Source: Eledone cirrhosa
Lineage: Eukaryota
Assembly (NCBI GenBank): GCA_964016885.1
Contig: OZ024749.1
Coordinates: forward strand, 48,856,001 to 48,920,000
DNA: 64,000 nucleotides
Direction: 5' to 3'
Position 1 is the first letter of the stretch, and every line of letters begins with the position of its first letter. A program made the translations under genes and the position numbers. Positions 12,142-27,416 of the stretch are shown here, piece after piece. A model generated the notes under the pieces. It had not been told where the DNA came from and searched no databases. It worked only from the letters and a program-made list of their open reading frames with translations.

Positions 12142-14368
12142 TCTTCATATATATAAAAGCGAGGATGTCTGTGTGTATGTGTACAACTTTGCATGCATAA
12201 GGCTTCCACAATTACCGACTGAATTTGACCAACTTTTCTGTGCTCGTTGCACAGGTCGCTAAGATTGTCACATCTCAAACAGTTTTCAAATCGCCCAGGT
12301 TGAGCAATAAAAAATCAATATCAAAATTATCGGTAGAAAATTGATGTAAGGGAGATAACAAACTTTATTGACAATCCTTATAAAAAAGGGAGATAATCTT
12401 TTCACCCAATATGCCCCGTAAAAAAAGTATGCACATATTGGCTATCGGTCGAAGAAAACAATGCGTGTAAATGACGCTCCGCCGATAACCAAAAATAGAC
12501 AATCACTAAATGCTGTGAGTACAGTTATTGCAACATCTTTGTCCGCCGCTGAGCGTCGGTTAGTGCGGCGAACCAATAATGCTAAAGCAACTGCTGCAGC
12601 ATGAGCTGCAGAGACTACAGAGCAACGTGAAACACGCCTTGCTATGGATGCTACAGATACTGCTGCAGCAAGATCTGCAGAGACAGTACAAAAATATGAA
12701 AGGCAGCAACATTGCTCCCTGGTGGAAGGACGGCACATCCAGTTTTTAAATTGCCCCTTGATTTGGCAAAATTGGAAACTCCTACTTGTCATATCACCAA
12801 AGACTCCGAAAGGGCTCATCTGCTGCGAAGGTGTCACCTTATTGTTTGGGATGTGTGTACAATGGCGCACAAAGTTGCTCTTGAGGCACTATACAGGTAT
12901 TTGCAAGACATACAGGATTGCAGTGATGTTATGGGGGGTGTCACCCTTCTGCTATCAGGAGACTTCAGACAGACTCTTCCTATAATACCGAAAGGAACAA
13001 GAGCAGATGCGGTAAATGCATGTCTTAAGTCTTCACCATTGTGGCGACAAGTGACATCATGAAGACTAACTACCAACATGCGTGCAAGGTTGCATGGGGA
13101 CCCTCTGTCATCAACATTTTCTGGAGACATTCGTACAATAGGAGATGGTAACCTACCTCCGGATACAGATGGAAACATAGCAATTGATCACATCTGCAAT
13201 GTAGTTGAAACTGTCGATGATCTCAAGGCGAGTGTATTCCCGAACTTGCGTGATCACTATACGAATCTTGATTGGCTATGCGAAAGAGCCATTCTTGCAC
13301 CCAAAAATATCACGGTTAGCTGTATTAACGATCAGCTTCTTCAGCTTCTTCCTGGATGTCCACGGATATATAAATCTATTGATACTGTATGTGATCCACA
13401 GGATGCGGTCAATTATCCTGTTAAATTTCTAAATTCTTTAAATCCTCCTGGTTTACACCCTAATACATTGGTTCTGAAAGACGGAACACCAGTTATTTTG
13501 CTGAGAAATATCACTCCTCCAAAACTCTGCAATGGTACGCGCCTTGTGGTTAAAAAACTGTCTCCACTTAGTATTGACGCTACCATTCTATCCGGATGTA
13601 GAAAAGGCGAGGATGTGATAATAACAAAAATTAGCCTGACTACATCAGGCGTGGATACTCTCTTCTCCTTTCGCCGAACCCAATTTCCCCTTCGTGTTGC
13701 CTTTGCGATGTCCATAAAAAGTCGCAAATTCAAACTCTGTCCGTCGCTGGAATCCACTTGGATCAACCTTGCTTTTCGCACAGACAATTCTACGTTGCCT
13801 GCTCACGAGTTGGCAGTCGAGATAATCTCTTTGCGTTTGTTCCGAAAAAAAAAAACAAAGAATATCGTCTATCCTGAAGTGCTTTTGTGTTAACAAAAAA
13901 ATTATTACAGCTCTGCCTTGACTTCACCTTACTCATTACAAAGCATACCAATGAATATGTCTTGCAGGATATTTTGGATTATAAGTTAAACATGTAACCA
14001 TACACAGCAAAGGATGCTCTCAAAGAATAGATTTTATCTTATTCTACTCTCATTGTTTTTTTGTTTGTATACAACTCTGCTTTCATTACAACTTTTTGTA
14101 CTTTAGCAAAACTGCCTGTTTTTTTTACAGTTTTGCAACGTGTATTGTCTTTAATCATTTGTATAACTACATCCTGTTCAGTGTTTTCCTTCATTATCAG
14201 CATAGTTTTATGTGGACAAAGATTGCACTAAATATTCGTTTGCATTAATTATTGAAGACTTCTGCTTATTTTTACAGGTTGGGGGAAAATAATGTTCTTC
14301 TTTTACTTCCTAGCTGTATATTCTTAGCATAATTTCAAACTCCGAGCAAGGCCGGGTAAATCTGCTAG
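12142..14368 (+). mobile_element. Helitron, internally deleted (non-autonomous), both termini intact
   Basis: 5' A|TCTTCATATATATAAAAG at 12142; subterminal hairpin ccgagcaaggccggg and 3' CTAG|T at 14365-14368; contains remnants of the RepHel N-terminus and helicase. Confidence 0.9.
12411..13893 (+). pseudogene. Disrupted Helitron RepHel: N-terminal repeats joined to Pif1-like SF1B helicase
   Basis: MPRKK.. start and AETTEQRETRL repeat, then LPGGRTAH..FKLP, IVWDVCTM (WDE motif), GDFRQTLP, RAILAPKN, LLRN..PPKLCNGTRL, QFPLRVAFAMSI; stops and frameshifts; no HUH Rep domain. Confidence 0.9.
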
Positions 14369-14589
14369 TTGCATATATAAGTAAAGGATTCCACCATAAA
14401 TCGTGTGCAGCTTGTCGCAGACGTTTTACACTCATATCTTCCAGGAAAATTAGATCTACTGAAATAACCAATAACAATTCTATTACGAGCGTACAACCAC
14501 TACAACTTATACTACTAATCATGTTTATACATATTTACAAGTCATTTATAATGACACGCATACAATTATTTATGAGCGTGTAGTGTGTA

Positions 14590-14619
<30 letters not shown>

Positions 14620-14637
<18 letters not shown>

Positions 14638-14745
14638 GTTATATAGGTACATGTATCCGTATGTGTGTGTATATATATGTATATATATATATATATATAT
14701 ACACTCATACATATACATATAGTTATATAGGTACATGTATCCGTA

Positions 14746-14786
<41 letters not shown>

Positions 14787-14831
14787 TCATACATATAAAT
14801 ATAGTTATATAGGTATATGTATCCGTATGTG

Positions 14832-14835
<4 letters not shown>
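14620..14835. repeat. Three tandem copies of an about 86-94 bp TA-containing unit
   Basis: atagttatataggta.atgtatccgtatgtg occurs three times. Confidence 0.75.
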
Positions 14836-14891
<56 letters not shown>

Positions 14892-15526
14892 TATATACAT
14901 ATACATATATATACATATATACACACACACACACACACATTTATATATATGTGTATGTGTGTTTGTGTGTATGTGTGTGTGTGCGTGTGTGCGTTTGTAT
15001 GTATGTGTAAGTATGTATGTATAGCGAATGGGCATGCATGCGTACATACCTACGCATAATACACACCATACACATAACTCCCCCACAACCACGATAGCCA
15101 CCACCAGTTTACACACAAATATACACATCGACATTCTGTGGCGAAGAATAATTGTATATTAGTGGTTCATTCTATCCAGATAGTTATTGTATTGGTCATG
15201 ATAGGTCATTCGGCTTGGCAATGAAAAACCAAAATAGACGTAGCCTGGCCCAGCATAGCCCTACAGTCTAATAGCTTTCATAATTCAGTTGACCTTAACT
15301 GGAACAACGTCAACAGGACAATAAAGTTGAAATTGGAGAAATTAATTCATACCATACATATATTTTATCACATTCCGATTCTCCTATCTTCCAATGCAAA
15401 ACATACAAACCTAAATTATACGTAAACGTACATATACACTTGTGTGTGTAAACATAGCTACACATGTGCACATATGCACATATGTGTATACACGTATGTG
15501 TGTTTGCGTATAGGAATAACTGTAAT

Positions 15527-15708
15527 TGTTTCTACTTTAGGCACAAGGCCAGCAATTACCCAGTGCATTATTGGTACTTTATTTAATCGACCTGGTAAGA
15601 ATGAAAGGCAAAGTCAACCTCGGCGGGATTTGAACTCAGATCGTAAAGGGACGTAACTATGCTGGAAAGCATGGCGTCCGACCCTCTACTGATACTGCCA
15701 ATCCACCG
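15527..15708 (-). mobile_element. tRNA-derived SINE family 1 with 17-bp TSD
   Basis: TSD ataggaataactgtaat at 15510-15526 and 15709-15725. Confidence 0.92.
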
Positions 15709-15750
15709 ATAGGAATAACTGTAATGATTCCCCATCACACACACACAGAC

Positions 15751-15831
<81 letters not shown>

Positions 15832-15917
15832 TATGTATATATATAAACGTAAATATATATTCATATGTATATATATAAACGTAGATATATGTATATATAT
15901 ATATATATATGCATACC

Positions 15918-15960
<43 letters not shown>

Positions 15961-16027
15961 CTATGTTTATGTATGTTTATATATAATTATATATATTTAT
16001 AAATATGCATATATAATGTATATAATG

Positions 16028-16123
<96 letters not shown>

Positions 16124-16505
16124 AGCATGCATCAAATATAAACGCATAGGTATTAACTGAGTGTGAGATAGGTCTCTGTAAGTATACGTATGCATCTGAG
16201 TGCACAGCGGCGTGTGTATATGTATGGCTGTGTGTACATACATAAACGTAAGCGCTCCTAACGACATGATGTTACACAGATTCTATAATATTTCATTCCC
16301 GCTTAACTTCTACATTAAAGTCATTCATGTGCACATTATTCCGTCCATTGCCGGCATTTTTATCAACTAGCCTTATCTTTAAAACATTTCCAACGTGAAC
16401 TGAACCAATAAATAATCTTTCAGATATACATACACACATATATATATGTATATGTATATATAAATATATATATATATATATATGTATGCGCGCGCGCGTG
16501 CGTGC

Positions 16506-16597
<92 letters not shown>

Positions 16598-17589
16598 ATG
16601 TGTTTGTGTGTGTGTTTTCATACTTTCCTAAACTAATATGTCCCCTTTTCATGAGTAGCACACATTGAACAACGACCCAAATTTAATATCTCATGGTCCT
16701 GCGATTATCATATGATATCATTACCATTAATAAAACAATATCTCTTGGGAACCTATAGGTTTTCATTCGATATGCTATAAATATATATCGGTATACCTTA
16801 ATAATAGAAATGTCTCCCATTAGATAACGTTGTCCTTGACATAACTCTACAATGATGAAACGTCAAGGATGGAATATAATGTCTGAGTTGCGGCTGAACA
16901 ACAACAACAAGAACAACAAAAGCAATACTACTAATATACTAAAACAATACTAGTAAAAATATTTTCTAAAGTTCACACTTCTATTTCATTATAAGAAATT
17001 ATGATTCTTCTTCATCAATGACTTACCAACACATCTAAATGTGGCAATGTTAAACGATGACGTATATTATTTTAAACAATAATAAAAACGTTCGGTTAAT
17101 ACTGTGGTCGATTTGATGGGCTATACCACAGATCTTTTCTGATTTAAGTCCCTCTGCTTTTGCTAGAGTCTATATGAACAAATATATAAAAGAAACTTAA
17201 TCGGTAGAGCTTCGTAGAAAATGCTTCTGTATAATTTAGTTACGCCCATTTAAAACCTGACTTCAAATAACACTTACGTAGTTCTTGTCTGTCGTCATTC
17301 AGTGCTCGATAAAGTACTGAAAATGGTTTAATAAACAATAAATATCTTCGTCGTATTTGTGGTATCAGGAGCAACGATGGAAGTCAATTAATTAAAAATC
17401 CGTTTGTGTTCCACGTTTGTAGTTTATATATGATACGTTTCATATGAATACCGCATAGCCAAATGTTTAAGAAGTTCATAGATAATTAGGGACTGTGTAA
17501 TAAACAATAAATATCTCCATTAAATTTATGGTCTCACAGAGCCAATGATAGAAGTATATTAGTTATGAAACTGTTTGCGTTTAACGTAT

Positions 17590-17880
17590 GTTTCTTATAT
17601 ATGATATAGCTGAATAGATGAGGAGCTCATTTCTCAATAATAAGGGCCCGGTTTCTATCCCACATTGTGGAAATTTGTTCATGTTATTTGTAAATGTTAT
17701 TTACTATTTTCTCGGGTCGATCAAGCTTTGTTTGGAAAGTCACCGAATGGAGGGATCTTGTAATACAAAGAGCTGAACTTTTCCCACACTGCGTCATTCA
17801 GATTCTCCCTGAGAATTACTTAAGGGCTATACATGTCTAGGTAATTATCAGATATTTACACGTTATCCTACGTCAGTAGA
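17590..17880 (+). mobile_element. Decayed SINE family 2
   Basis: Partial similarity to the reverse complement of 22660-22760 and to 63480-63600 (tctccctgagaa.tac). Confidence 0.4.
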
Positions 17881-18384
17881 ACATCTGAAACACTTATCCT
17901 TGAAACCGAAGGGGGTTCATTCAATCCTTCTATGTTTTACAGGTGGAACTTAATCGAGTTTGATACTTTGATGAGTATGCATCTAGAGGGTACATACGGA
18001 GTGTAACACTTATTAGACGTAGCACATGAAGTTAGTAGGCACGATGAATTGTCCGTAGTTTAGTTAAAAAGCTTTAAAAAGACGTTGGGAGTAAATGGAG
18101 TGATTAACAGAAATAACAGGCAGAGTAAGGGAGATAACTCATGTACACATAAATTAATGGGTAAACTGAGTTTGAAAAAAGTCTGTTTTCTGTTGAAGGC
18201 AGGAGACCATTTAAATCAGAAATCACATCCTTTCAAAAATACGCTATCATGAGTTATCTAACTTGGAATTCCCTTATCTCCCTTGATTATCGTTCCATAA
18301 ATAGGAACCATTCCTCAGTTTACCCTTTTTCTTATATTTGACAGTATTTTATTACCTAATGATATCTATTTTAAGCATGTTATT

Positions 18385-18572
18385 GTGGATTGGCAGTATC
18401 GGTAGAGGGTCGGACGCCATGCTTTGCAGCAAAGAGTTACGGCCCTTATTGGCTGAGTTCAAATCCCGCCGAGGTTAACTTTGCCTTTCATCCTTACGTG
18501 GTCGATAAATTAAAGTACCAGTAATGTACTGAGGAACTGCTGGCCTTGTGCCAAAAGATAGAAACAGTTATT
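18385..18572 (+). mobile_element. tRNA-derived SINE family 1
   Basis: A and B boxes plus conserved body. Confidence 0.88.
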
Positions 18573-19104
18573 ATATAAGATAAGGTAGCTATAAAAATAA
18601 AAGATTAACACATAAAAATAGTTGACCTATATCAATTGACGAACCCATCGTGTGTGTGAGTGTGTCTGTATGAGGGTGTGTGTTTCTGTGTGTGTGTTTT
18701 TGTATGCGCCTGTGTTATATATGTGAGTGGGTGTATGTGCGTGTGTGAGCATGGATGCGTGCTTGTGTGTGTGTGTATGTGTGTGTGTGTGTGTGAATGA
18801 GTATGCATATATGTATACATATCAAATACTGCTTTCAGTATACAGAAGGTCATATTTCGAAGCCAGTACTTGATTGATAGTTTATGTTATTAACTTCAGT
18901 ATTTGTCTGGTACTTATATTTCATTTCATCAACACTTCCCTCAGAAATATGTAAAGCAGACGTGATCTCAGACTCTGAAGAGATGTAGTTTTTCATGATC
19001 GCTAATGTATAAATAATTACTGTGGCTTATATTTTACAAAATTCTATTAATTATTCATGTGTGTGTTTGTGTGTGTGTGTGTTTGTGTGTGTGGTGTGTG
19101 TGTG

Positions 19105-19350
19105 ACAGCTCACACCTTTCCAGGTTTAGCTAGCCTCCTCCAAGGTATATCTCGTTGGATGTGTCTTGGGAGATTTAGTGATAGGGCCCCTAGTCCTATC
19201 ATTTCATTTCTACAGTTGAGTAAACTGGAGCAACGTGAAATAAAGTGTCTTGCTCAAGGAAAGAAACACATCACCCGATCCGCGAATTGAACTCACAACC
19301 TTTCCATTGCAAGGCCAGTGCTCTAAACACTAAGCCATACGTCTTCACTA
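19105..19350 (-). mobile_element. tRNA-derived SINE family 2
   Basis: actggagcaacgtgaaataaagtgtcttgctcaagga body with tRNA-like head; homologous to 22660-22915. Confidence 0.7.
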
Positions 19351-19362
19351 TTTGTATGTGAG

Positions 19363-20120
19363 GGCGGAGATTTGGCAGTATCGGTAGAGCGTCGGACACC
19401 ATGCTTTGCAGCATAGAGTTACGGCTCTTTATGTTCTGAGTTCAAATCCCACCGAGTTTAATTTTGCTTTACATACTTACGGGGTCGATACAATAAAGGA
19501 CCAGTAACGTACCGGGATCGATTTAATCGATTTCTCCTCCTCCAAATTACTGGCCTTGTGCCTATACTAGAAATCATTATTGATGAGGTCGAATTTATAA
19601 GGTACCTGTAACGCACTAGGATCGATTTAAGCAACTTTCTCCAACGTCAAATTTGTTGGCCATTATTTATGTGACAATGAGCGCTGTGGAATGGCTGAAT
19701 CGGTAGAGCTTCGTCTACATGCATTGTGACATACACTTCTGTCCATTTACGTTCTCATTTCGTATCCAGCCGAGGTTAGCTTTGCTTTTTATCCTCACGC
19801 GGTCGATAAAATAAAGTACCAATAACGCACTGAGGTAAATTTAATAGATTTTCCTCTTTCCAAAAATTGTTGGCCTTTTGCAACAATAAAAACACTATTA
19901 TTAAAGGCGGTGGGTTGGCAGAATCGGTAGTGCATCAAACAGCATGAATTGTGGTATATAATTACTGATCATTACGTTGTGAGTTAAGATTGTGCCGAGG
20001 TTCGCTTTGCTTTTCATGCACATGAGTCCAATAGAATGAAGTACTTGTATTGCACTGGGTCGATTTAATTGACTTTTCCCTTCCCCCAAATTATTGGCCT
20101 GGAGCCTAAATCAGAAACCT
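19363..20120 (+). mobile_element. Three or more family 1-like SINEs in tandem, variably decayed
   Basis: Heads near 19363, 19683 and 19905 (ggcgg..tggcag.atcggtag), each followed by the body motif. Confidence 0.75.
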
Positions 20121-20906
20121 TTACATTAAATTCATTGCCTATGTTTCATATCTCCCCTGATTCCTAAATACCCCGTTGCTCACATACGCTTTGCCAAATA
20201 TATGTGTAGTCTATAAATAGAGATTCGTTTGATAAGTACCCGTAACGCATTTGGGGTGTTTTACACCACGTCCCCTTACTTTTACATCACTGAACATGTG
20301 CTAAAGTAGTAACAATGATTTAGTGTGCGTATTGTTGGGAGCCCAAACCCACCAACCCGAGGGCCAGTTTAATTTCTCCCTTTCGAGATTGACATAATCG
20401 ACTGTTCCTCCCTCACATACATGCAATGTAATGTGACGTAATTTAATGTAATGTCTATCTGTATGTATATATGTAATGCAATGTAAAGTATAGGTAGAGA
20501 ATTCTGGCCGTTTTGAACATTAAAGGGTTAAACCTCTAGTCATGATTTTTACATATCTGTATATCTAAATACATTTCACTTTACAATATATTTGAAAGAG
20601 ATGTTTTATATCTATAATTTGAATATTTTGTTCACCTAAAATTCGGACATGTTTCAGTTTCTGTGTATATATATTGTACGGTGTGTATATAGTGAATATA
20701 CACTCAGTTTCTGTGTATATATATATATATTGTACGGTATGTATATAGTGAATATACATATACAATACTCTTAAGGAAACCATAAAATATAAAAGTCATA
20801 TGCGCTACTAATCTGTTGTGGAGAAGAGATATATGTAAGTATAGATATGTATGTGTAGTAGTAGTAATAGTGGTGGTGGTGGTAGTAGTAGTAATAATAG
20901 TAGTAA

Positions 20907-20951
<45 letters not shown>

Positions 20952-21444
20952 AGGTAGTGGTGGTTGTTCGTGATGCTGTCGTAGTATTCAGCTTATTATT
21001 CTATAAGTCATTTATATATGACTGTTGAAGATATTGAATCTGTGATACCAGAATTCCCTCCCTTTGTTGTCTCTTACAGATCTTAAGTATTGTATATGGA
21101 AGTAGTTACAATGAGAAATAGAAACATGGAGAAATTTAGAATTAACAATAAAGTGTAGAATAAATTATTATATATCATTAGGACAATGGGATTGATGAGT
21201 TAATATCTGTATACAACAACTACAACGGTACGCGATGGGGCCAAACCACAGCCCCGGTGGACAGAATGGAGAAGGCGTTTCCTCAGTGGACGGCAGGGGA
21301 GGCGCGCTGGAAAAGCCACTCCAACTCGCGGGGCTCACACCTGCGGCTGGCTAGCTCAGCGCCTTATTTATTATATGTAGGTTTGTGTGGATACACACAC
21401 ACATACTTACACAGAGAGCTCAGCGCATGCAAACTCACACAGGG

Positions 21445-21491
<47 letters not shown>

Positions 21492-21814
21492 ACGTACATA
21501 CACACACATACACACCCACATACACACACGTAGATACACGCATACATACAAACACTCACAGAGGGGCCAACGCATTCACACTTATCTAGGGAATCACACA
21601 CACACATTTATATATATTTATTTATTTGCGTTAAAGAGAGACAGAGAGAGAAATAGAGAATGAGAGAGAGAGAGTGTGCGTGTGCGTGTGTTAAATGCAG
21701 TAGTACATTCAAACTATATACATATATATATATACATGTGTATATTTGTGTATTTGATACTATATCAAGCAAAGAAAGTGATGTATGTATGTATATATAT
21801 ATATATATATATAT

Positions 21815-22020
21815 AATGGAAAAATTTGAACAGGGACAAAACAGAGAGGCAGTACAACGAATGTTTATTAATTTCACGCTCTGGAGAGTGGCGTGTTGGT
21901 GGGGGACGACGTTTCGGGCATAAGCCCTTCCTCAGGTGAGAAGTGTGTGGGAACAGAGTTCAAAGGGTGTGTAGGGGAGTGGTGGAGAGACATATAGCGA
22001 GAGGAAACCGTGCGAATGAA
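21815..22020 (-). mobile_element. Penelope-like 3' end/pLTR (family E) with hammerhead core at about 21903-21940
   Basis: Minus strand CTGAGGA-a-gggc-ttat-gccc-GAAA-cgtcg-TC, then AATAAA and terminus gttcaaatttttccatt-(TA)n. Stem I does not pair. Confidence 0.7.
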
Positions 22021-22057
22021 AAAAATAAAAAATAAAAATAAAAATAAAAATAAAGCA

Positions 22058-22093
<36 letters not shown>

Positions 22094-22659
22094 TTAAGTA
22101 TACGTGTTGCATGTAATTAAGTATGTATTTCTGTTTATACGCATACCTTCGTACATAGATCAACACTATCCAGACCTCGCATTTTAAGTAAATATGTAGC
22201 TCAGTGGCTAGATTTACCCGTGGTTAAGAGTCCATATCCTTCACTCCTTGTCTGGATATACGATGGAATTATCGTGCCTGAAACAATTTTTCCTAATTTT
22301 TACTTTCGGTTAGATTTGACCGGGGTTAAATTTCTGCAACAGAATACTGCCAGTCCACCGCCCATTTAGGTCGCAAAATGATAACAATAGTTATAATTTG
22401 TGGACCTTTCAATAGTGTGAAATTCGATTGTGGGCCAGTTAATAACATCCTTTATTCCACTGCCCCAACTGCCATCACGAATACAACTACTAACAAAACC
22501 ATCACCAGCACTACCACCTCTAGGCTATGGATAGTGAAGATTCTATGTAAACGATCAAACTGCTATAAACATCGGTCAAATACATTTGGAATTGAATGTC
22601 ACCCTTTTTCGGCAATGAGTGTTTATGCTCTTCAAATAACAGAATATAATGCTCCAGGT

Positions 22660-22915
22660 ATCGATGCATAAGTGGCTGAGCATTCCACAGACAGATGCCT
22701 TTATAACGTAGTTCTCTGGGAGATTCGGCGTGACAAAGTGTGCGACAAGTTTAGCCCTTCAAATGACAGGTGCAATTCATTTCTGTCAGGTGAGTGGACT
22801 GGAACAACGTAAAATAAATTGCCTTTCTCGAGAACAAGGGGCACCGCCGTTAATCGAACGCAAAATCTTACGATCGTCAATGGAAAACATTAACTTCTAA
22901 ACCACGTGCCTTCAC
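22660..22915 (-). mobile_element. tRNA-derived SINE family 2, decayed
   Basis: gagtggactggaacaacgtaaaataaattgcc body shared with 19105-19350. Confidence 0.65.
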
Positions 22916-23627
22916 AATGTCTCTCGACACGCTATTATAATACAACACCTATAGTCACAACAGGTAATCACACAAACACCCACACACACAAACACACAGA
23001 AAGAGAGAGAGAGAGAGGCAGAGAGAGAGATGCAGAGAGAGAGAGAGGCAGAGAGAGAGACGCAGAGACAGAGAGAAGCAGAGAGAGAAGGAGATTAAAC
23101 ATATAGATAGATAGCGGGAGAGAGAAAGAGTTAGATATATAGATAGATTTAGAGAGAGAGAGAGAGCGAAAGAGACAGAGGAAAGACATTCACAGATAAA
23201 GTAGAAAAAGAAACGCATTCTCTAGAACACACGCGCGCACGCGCACACACACACACACACACGCGCTCAGACTACGACGGAAATACACGTATTCTAGCAC
23301 ACACTCAAACACAAACACACTCACTAAAACACGTATTGACATTACACATTCAAACGCAAGCACACACACACACACGCACAGTGAACAGAGCAGCAGATTC
23401 TCAGAGACACGCGCAAGCATTGAAACACCCACATTCCAGACACCCAGATATAGGCACACGCGTTAATACACACACAATAGGAAACCCCCAACACGCCATC
23501 GCACCCCATCTTTCCCCTATACATGCATAGCCAAGCACGAACACACAGACAAGCAATGGCAACAGGCTCAGAAGCAAGCAACAGCAGGCAACAGCTAAAA
23601 CGGAATAGGGGAGGGGGTTTGCGCGTG

Positions 23628-23642
23628 GTGGTAGTAGTAGTA

Positions 23643-23694
<52 letters not shown>

Positions 23695-23965
23695 TAGTAG
23701 TAGTAGTAGTAGCCGCAGTAGTAGCAGGAGTAGGAGCAGCAGTAGCAGTAGTAGTAGTAGTAGCTGCAGTATCAGCAGTAGTAATAGTAGCGGCAGTAGT
23801 AGTAGTAGCTGTAGTAGCAACATTAGTAGTAGTAGTAGTAGTAGCACTAGTAGTGGACGCAGTAGTAGCAGTAGTAGTGGTAGCAGTAGTAGTAGCAGTA
23901 GTAGTAGCAGTAGTAGTAGCAGTAGTAGTAGCAGTAGTAGTAGTAGTAGCAGTAGTAGTGGTAGA
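23628..23965. repeat. (AGT)n/(AGC)n trinucleotide tract
   Basis: Directly visible; explains the poly-Thr/Leu/Ser/Val ORFs. Confidence 0.9.
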
Positions 23966-24696
23966 AACATTGCACTGTGTCCGTGTGTTTGTTCCACTCC
24001 AGAGCAGAGCTTGTAAGTTTAACATGTTACTGTGTACGTGTGTTCGTCACAGTTGGCGGGAATTTCTTGAACAATGATGTTTGTGTGTTCGTTCTGTAGT
24101 TTCTACAACTTCGTCATTTTTTTTCTTTTGTCTCTTCCTTGTATACTTCCTTTACTCCTTTCGTGCCTTTCTTAAATTTCTGTGCTTCTTTAATTATGTG
24201 ATTATTTCTTTTATTATTAATTTGATAATACATTATAATGATGATCATGTATCCTCCGTCAGTATCTACGACGAACACCATTCAGTTGTTCAATCCCCTG
24301 AGCATTCAACTTGTGAATTAAGGTGTATTCGTTTACCTTTTTTATGTAATTCCCTAACTGAGTCAGCGTGACACCATGTAAACATGTAAACAAATCCCGT
24401 CCCACAGGCTCCCACACAGTTTCTGTCAACCCAATTTCAATAACAATGCTAAATCAACTCTTCTGACTTATCGCTGAGTCATCCATCTGGCGCTCAAATA
24501 ATACAACTGTTTAAAAAAGACACTCAATATATGTATGAAAGTGACGAGAGAACGAGTGTCCTCCTGCAAACAAACTTTTCCTCCGCATCTGGGTCTCGGT
24601 TCTAAAGATAAATGTCTCTCTGTATTATCAAAACGGTGACCTCGTGATCGCAGACCGCACTTCTTATCTAGCCAGTAAATGTTGACACTTTTACAA

Positions 24697-24888
24697 GCGG
24701 TGGATTGGCAGTATCGGTAGAGGGTCGGACGCCATGCTTTGGCGCATAGAGTTACGGCCCTTTCCATTCTGAGTTCAAATCCCGCCGAGGTTAACTTTGC
24801 CTTTCATCCATATGGGGTCGTTAAAATAAAGTACCAGTAATGCCCTGGGTATTTGCTGGTCTTGTTCCAAAAGTAGAAACAATTAATT
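24697..24888 (+). mobile_element. tRNA-derived SINE family 1
   Basis: gcggtggattggcagtatcgg...gttcaaatccc...agtagaaacaatta. Confidence 0.9.
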
Positions 24889-25339
24889 AAATTGTACGAA
24901 TGCGCCAAATTTGCAGAGTTGTTTCATGGTTGGTTGGAATACTTTGCAGTCTTCTGTCAAGCTGTCTGCGTTCAAATCACGGCATGGTCATATTTGGATG
25001 TCCTGATTTTGGAGGCAATTAAAAAATGCCGGTCCATCAGTGGTATCGATTCTTCCCATATACCTCTTTCTGACCCCTTCTCACTCTCTTCTCTCCTACT
25101 GTTGAAGAAATGGGAGGCATTAAGTGGGCATTGGCTCCAACATATTTAAAAGGACCAAGACCCTAAGTACCTCCCTATGTTTTCCCTACGATTCTCTCAT
25201 TTTCATTCATAGTAAAGTGTATGCTTTTCCCATCTACTGCCTCACCACACCCCAACTTCAAGCGATTCCCCACCCACCACGATTTCCCTATTCTAGATGT
25301 TTATATTTTTGTTTTAAATGAAAGATAAGCGTGAGTACG

Positions 25340-25960
25340 TCGATAGTATCAGCCAAATAAATATTGGTGGAAAATTAACATGGAGTGAAGAGAGGATGAT
25401 ATTCTTCACAGCTGGAGAAACTTAGTTATTAGTGCATATAAATATGATTGATCTTCAGCTTCTTTCGGCAATGTGCGTTCAGTTGTTCGAACTACTGAAC
25501 ATCTAGCATCGGAATTAATCAAGACAATTTTGAAATTAATCGTACCATTCACAAAGCTAAATGGGACGTAGTTTGCACATGACTGGTATAACCTAAGACT
25601 GGAGCCAAGTTTTCTCAACCACAAACATTCTGTTTCCATTCTTTGCATTTCTACAACTACTACAACGGACACTGGAGCATGGTTTTGTCTGACCACCTCT
25701 CAAACATTATCGATTCACTCGTCTGTCTTCCTCCCATTATACATAATGTGGCCAACCATCCAGGCACTACCCAAACCCCCTCGTCTAGTTCTTCATCTCA
25801 AAAAATATCGACTGTTTGGAATTCCCTCTCTGGACACATTTTCTTTGCAATCCTCGGCTTGCAACATTTAAAGCAGAACGTTAAGAACCTCAGTGACATC
25901 AGTATCGGGGGTTCATTGAAGACCATGCCATTGGCCTCTACCCCCAGATCAAAGTAATAA
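25340..25960 (+). pseudogene. Decayed CR1/L2/Jockey-type LINE ORF2 C-terminus
   Basis: FYNYYNGHWS..L..HP..STVWNSLSGHIF..LQHLKQNV resembles the FYxYYxGxCS..WNSLP..FK end of these ORF2s. Confidence 0.6.
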
Positions 25961-26908
25961 AACTAAATAAAATGTGGTTACTTGAGGAAATATCTATAGA
26001 ACAAAATACCTTGAATTATGCTTCGGACAACAAGCTCCGCATCATAGATTTACGTCACTTTATGTTCTCATTTCAAATCCCATCGAAGTTAGCTTTGACT
26101 TAGAATGATTCATCTGTCTCGATCTCCCCAATATCTATGATGTCATAATCCCTATTAGACAGTAACTTATCAGTTGAAGGAGACTTAACTGCTATTTCTA
26201 GCAGAGAAATGTCAACACCATGAGACTTTCTTGTTGTCTCACATAAACAGAAATTTGAAAATGAGTGAAAACATGTTATATTTCCAAAAGCCTAATTCGG
26301 GGCTGAAATAGGAAGTATGGTTTCAATAATCACATAAATGTGTTGATGTTGTTTTAATATTAACCCACAAGAATCAAATCCATGATCAAAAGCCATTCCA
26401 GATATGACCATCCCAACTTTTCTGAATCAATTTACCGTTTAGGATGGTTTGATAAAAGAACTTCAAAAGTTCTAAAGATGAAGGAGAATGATTTTAGGAA
26501 ATGTTGGCTGCTATTTCTAGCAAGTCGAGCTACCACGGTGAAACACCCTCTTTGGCGCGTTACCAATTGTGTTGCTGTTGCTATTTGTTGATGATGTTGT
26601 TGTTCAACACAGCACACATATAACTAAAGGCATGCCATCCGTTACCACCTCCACATTCTGAGGTGTCAGTATGACTGCTACATAATTTAATGGTTCATAT
26701 TCTTCTGCAAGCGTTAGTATGGTTTGAGGGTGATCTGGCTGCTAATTCTAGCGCCGTCTCTAGTATTATATAATCTAATGTTACTTGTTTTAATTACTTT
26801 TATGTTCTGAGGGGATAATGTTGCTATTTCTTGCAGGGCGATTCGCCACGTAAAGGTGCCCGCGTTGCAAGGTCACGGCACATATATAAATCTCTCTCTC
26901 TCTCCCTG

Positions 26909-27404
<496 letters not shown>

Positions 27405-27416
27405 TATATATATATA

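Noticed and set aside
18385-18475. tRNA-like A and B boxes
   Set aside because: SINE heads continuing into a shared body, not tRNA genes.
20505-20532. ..aaagggTTAA resembling a piggyBac end
   Set aside because: No partner TIR identified.
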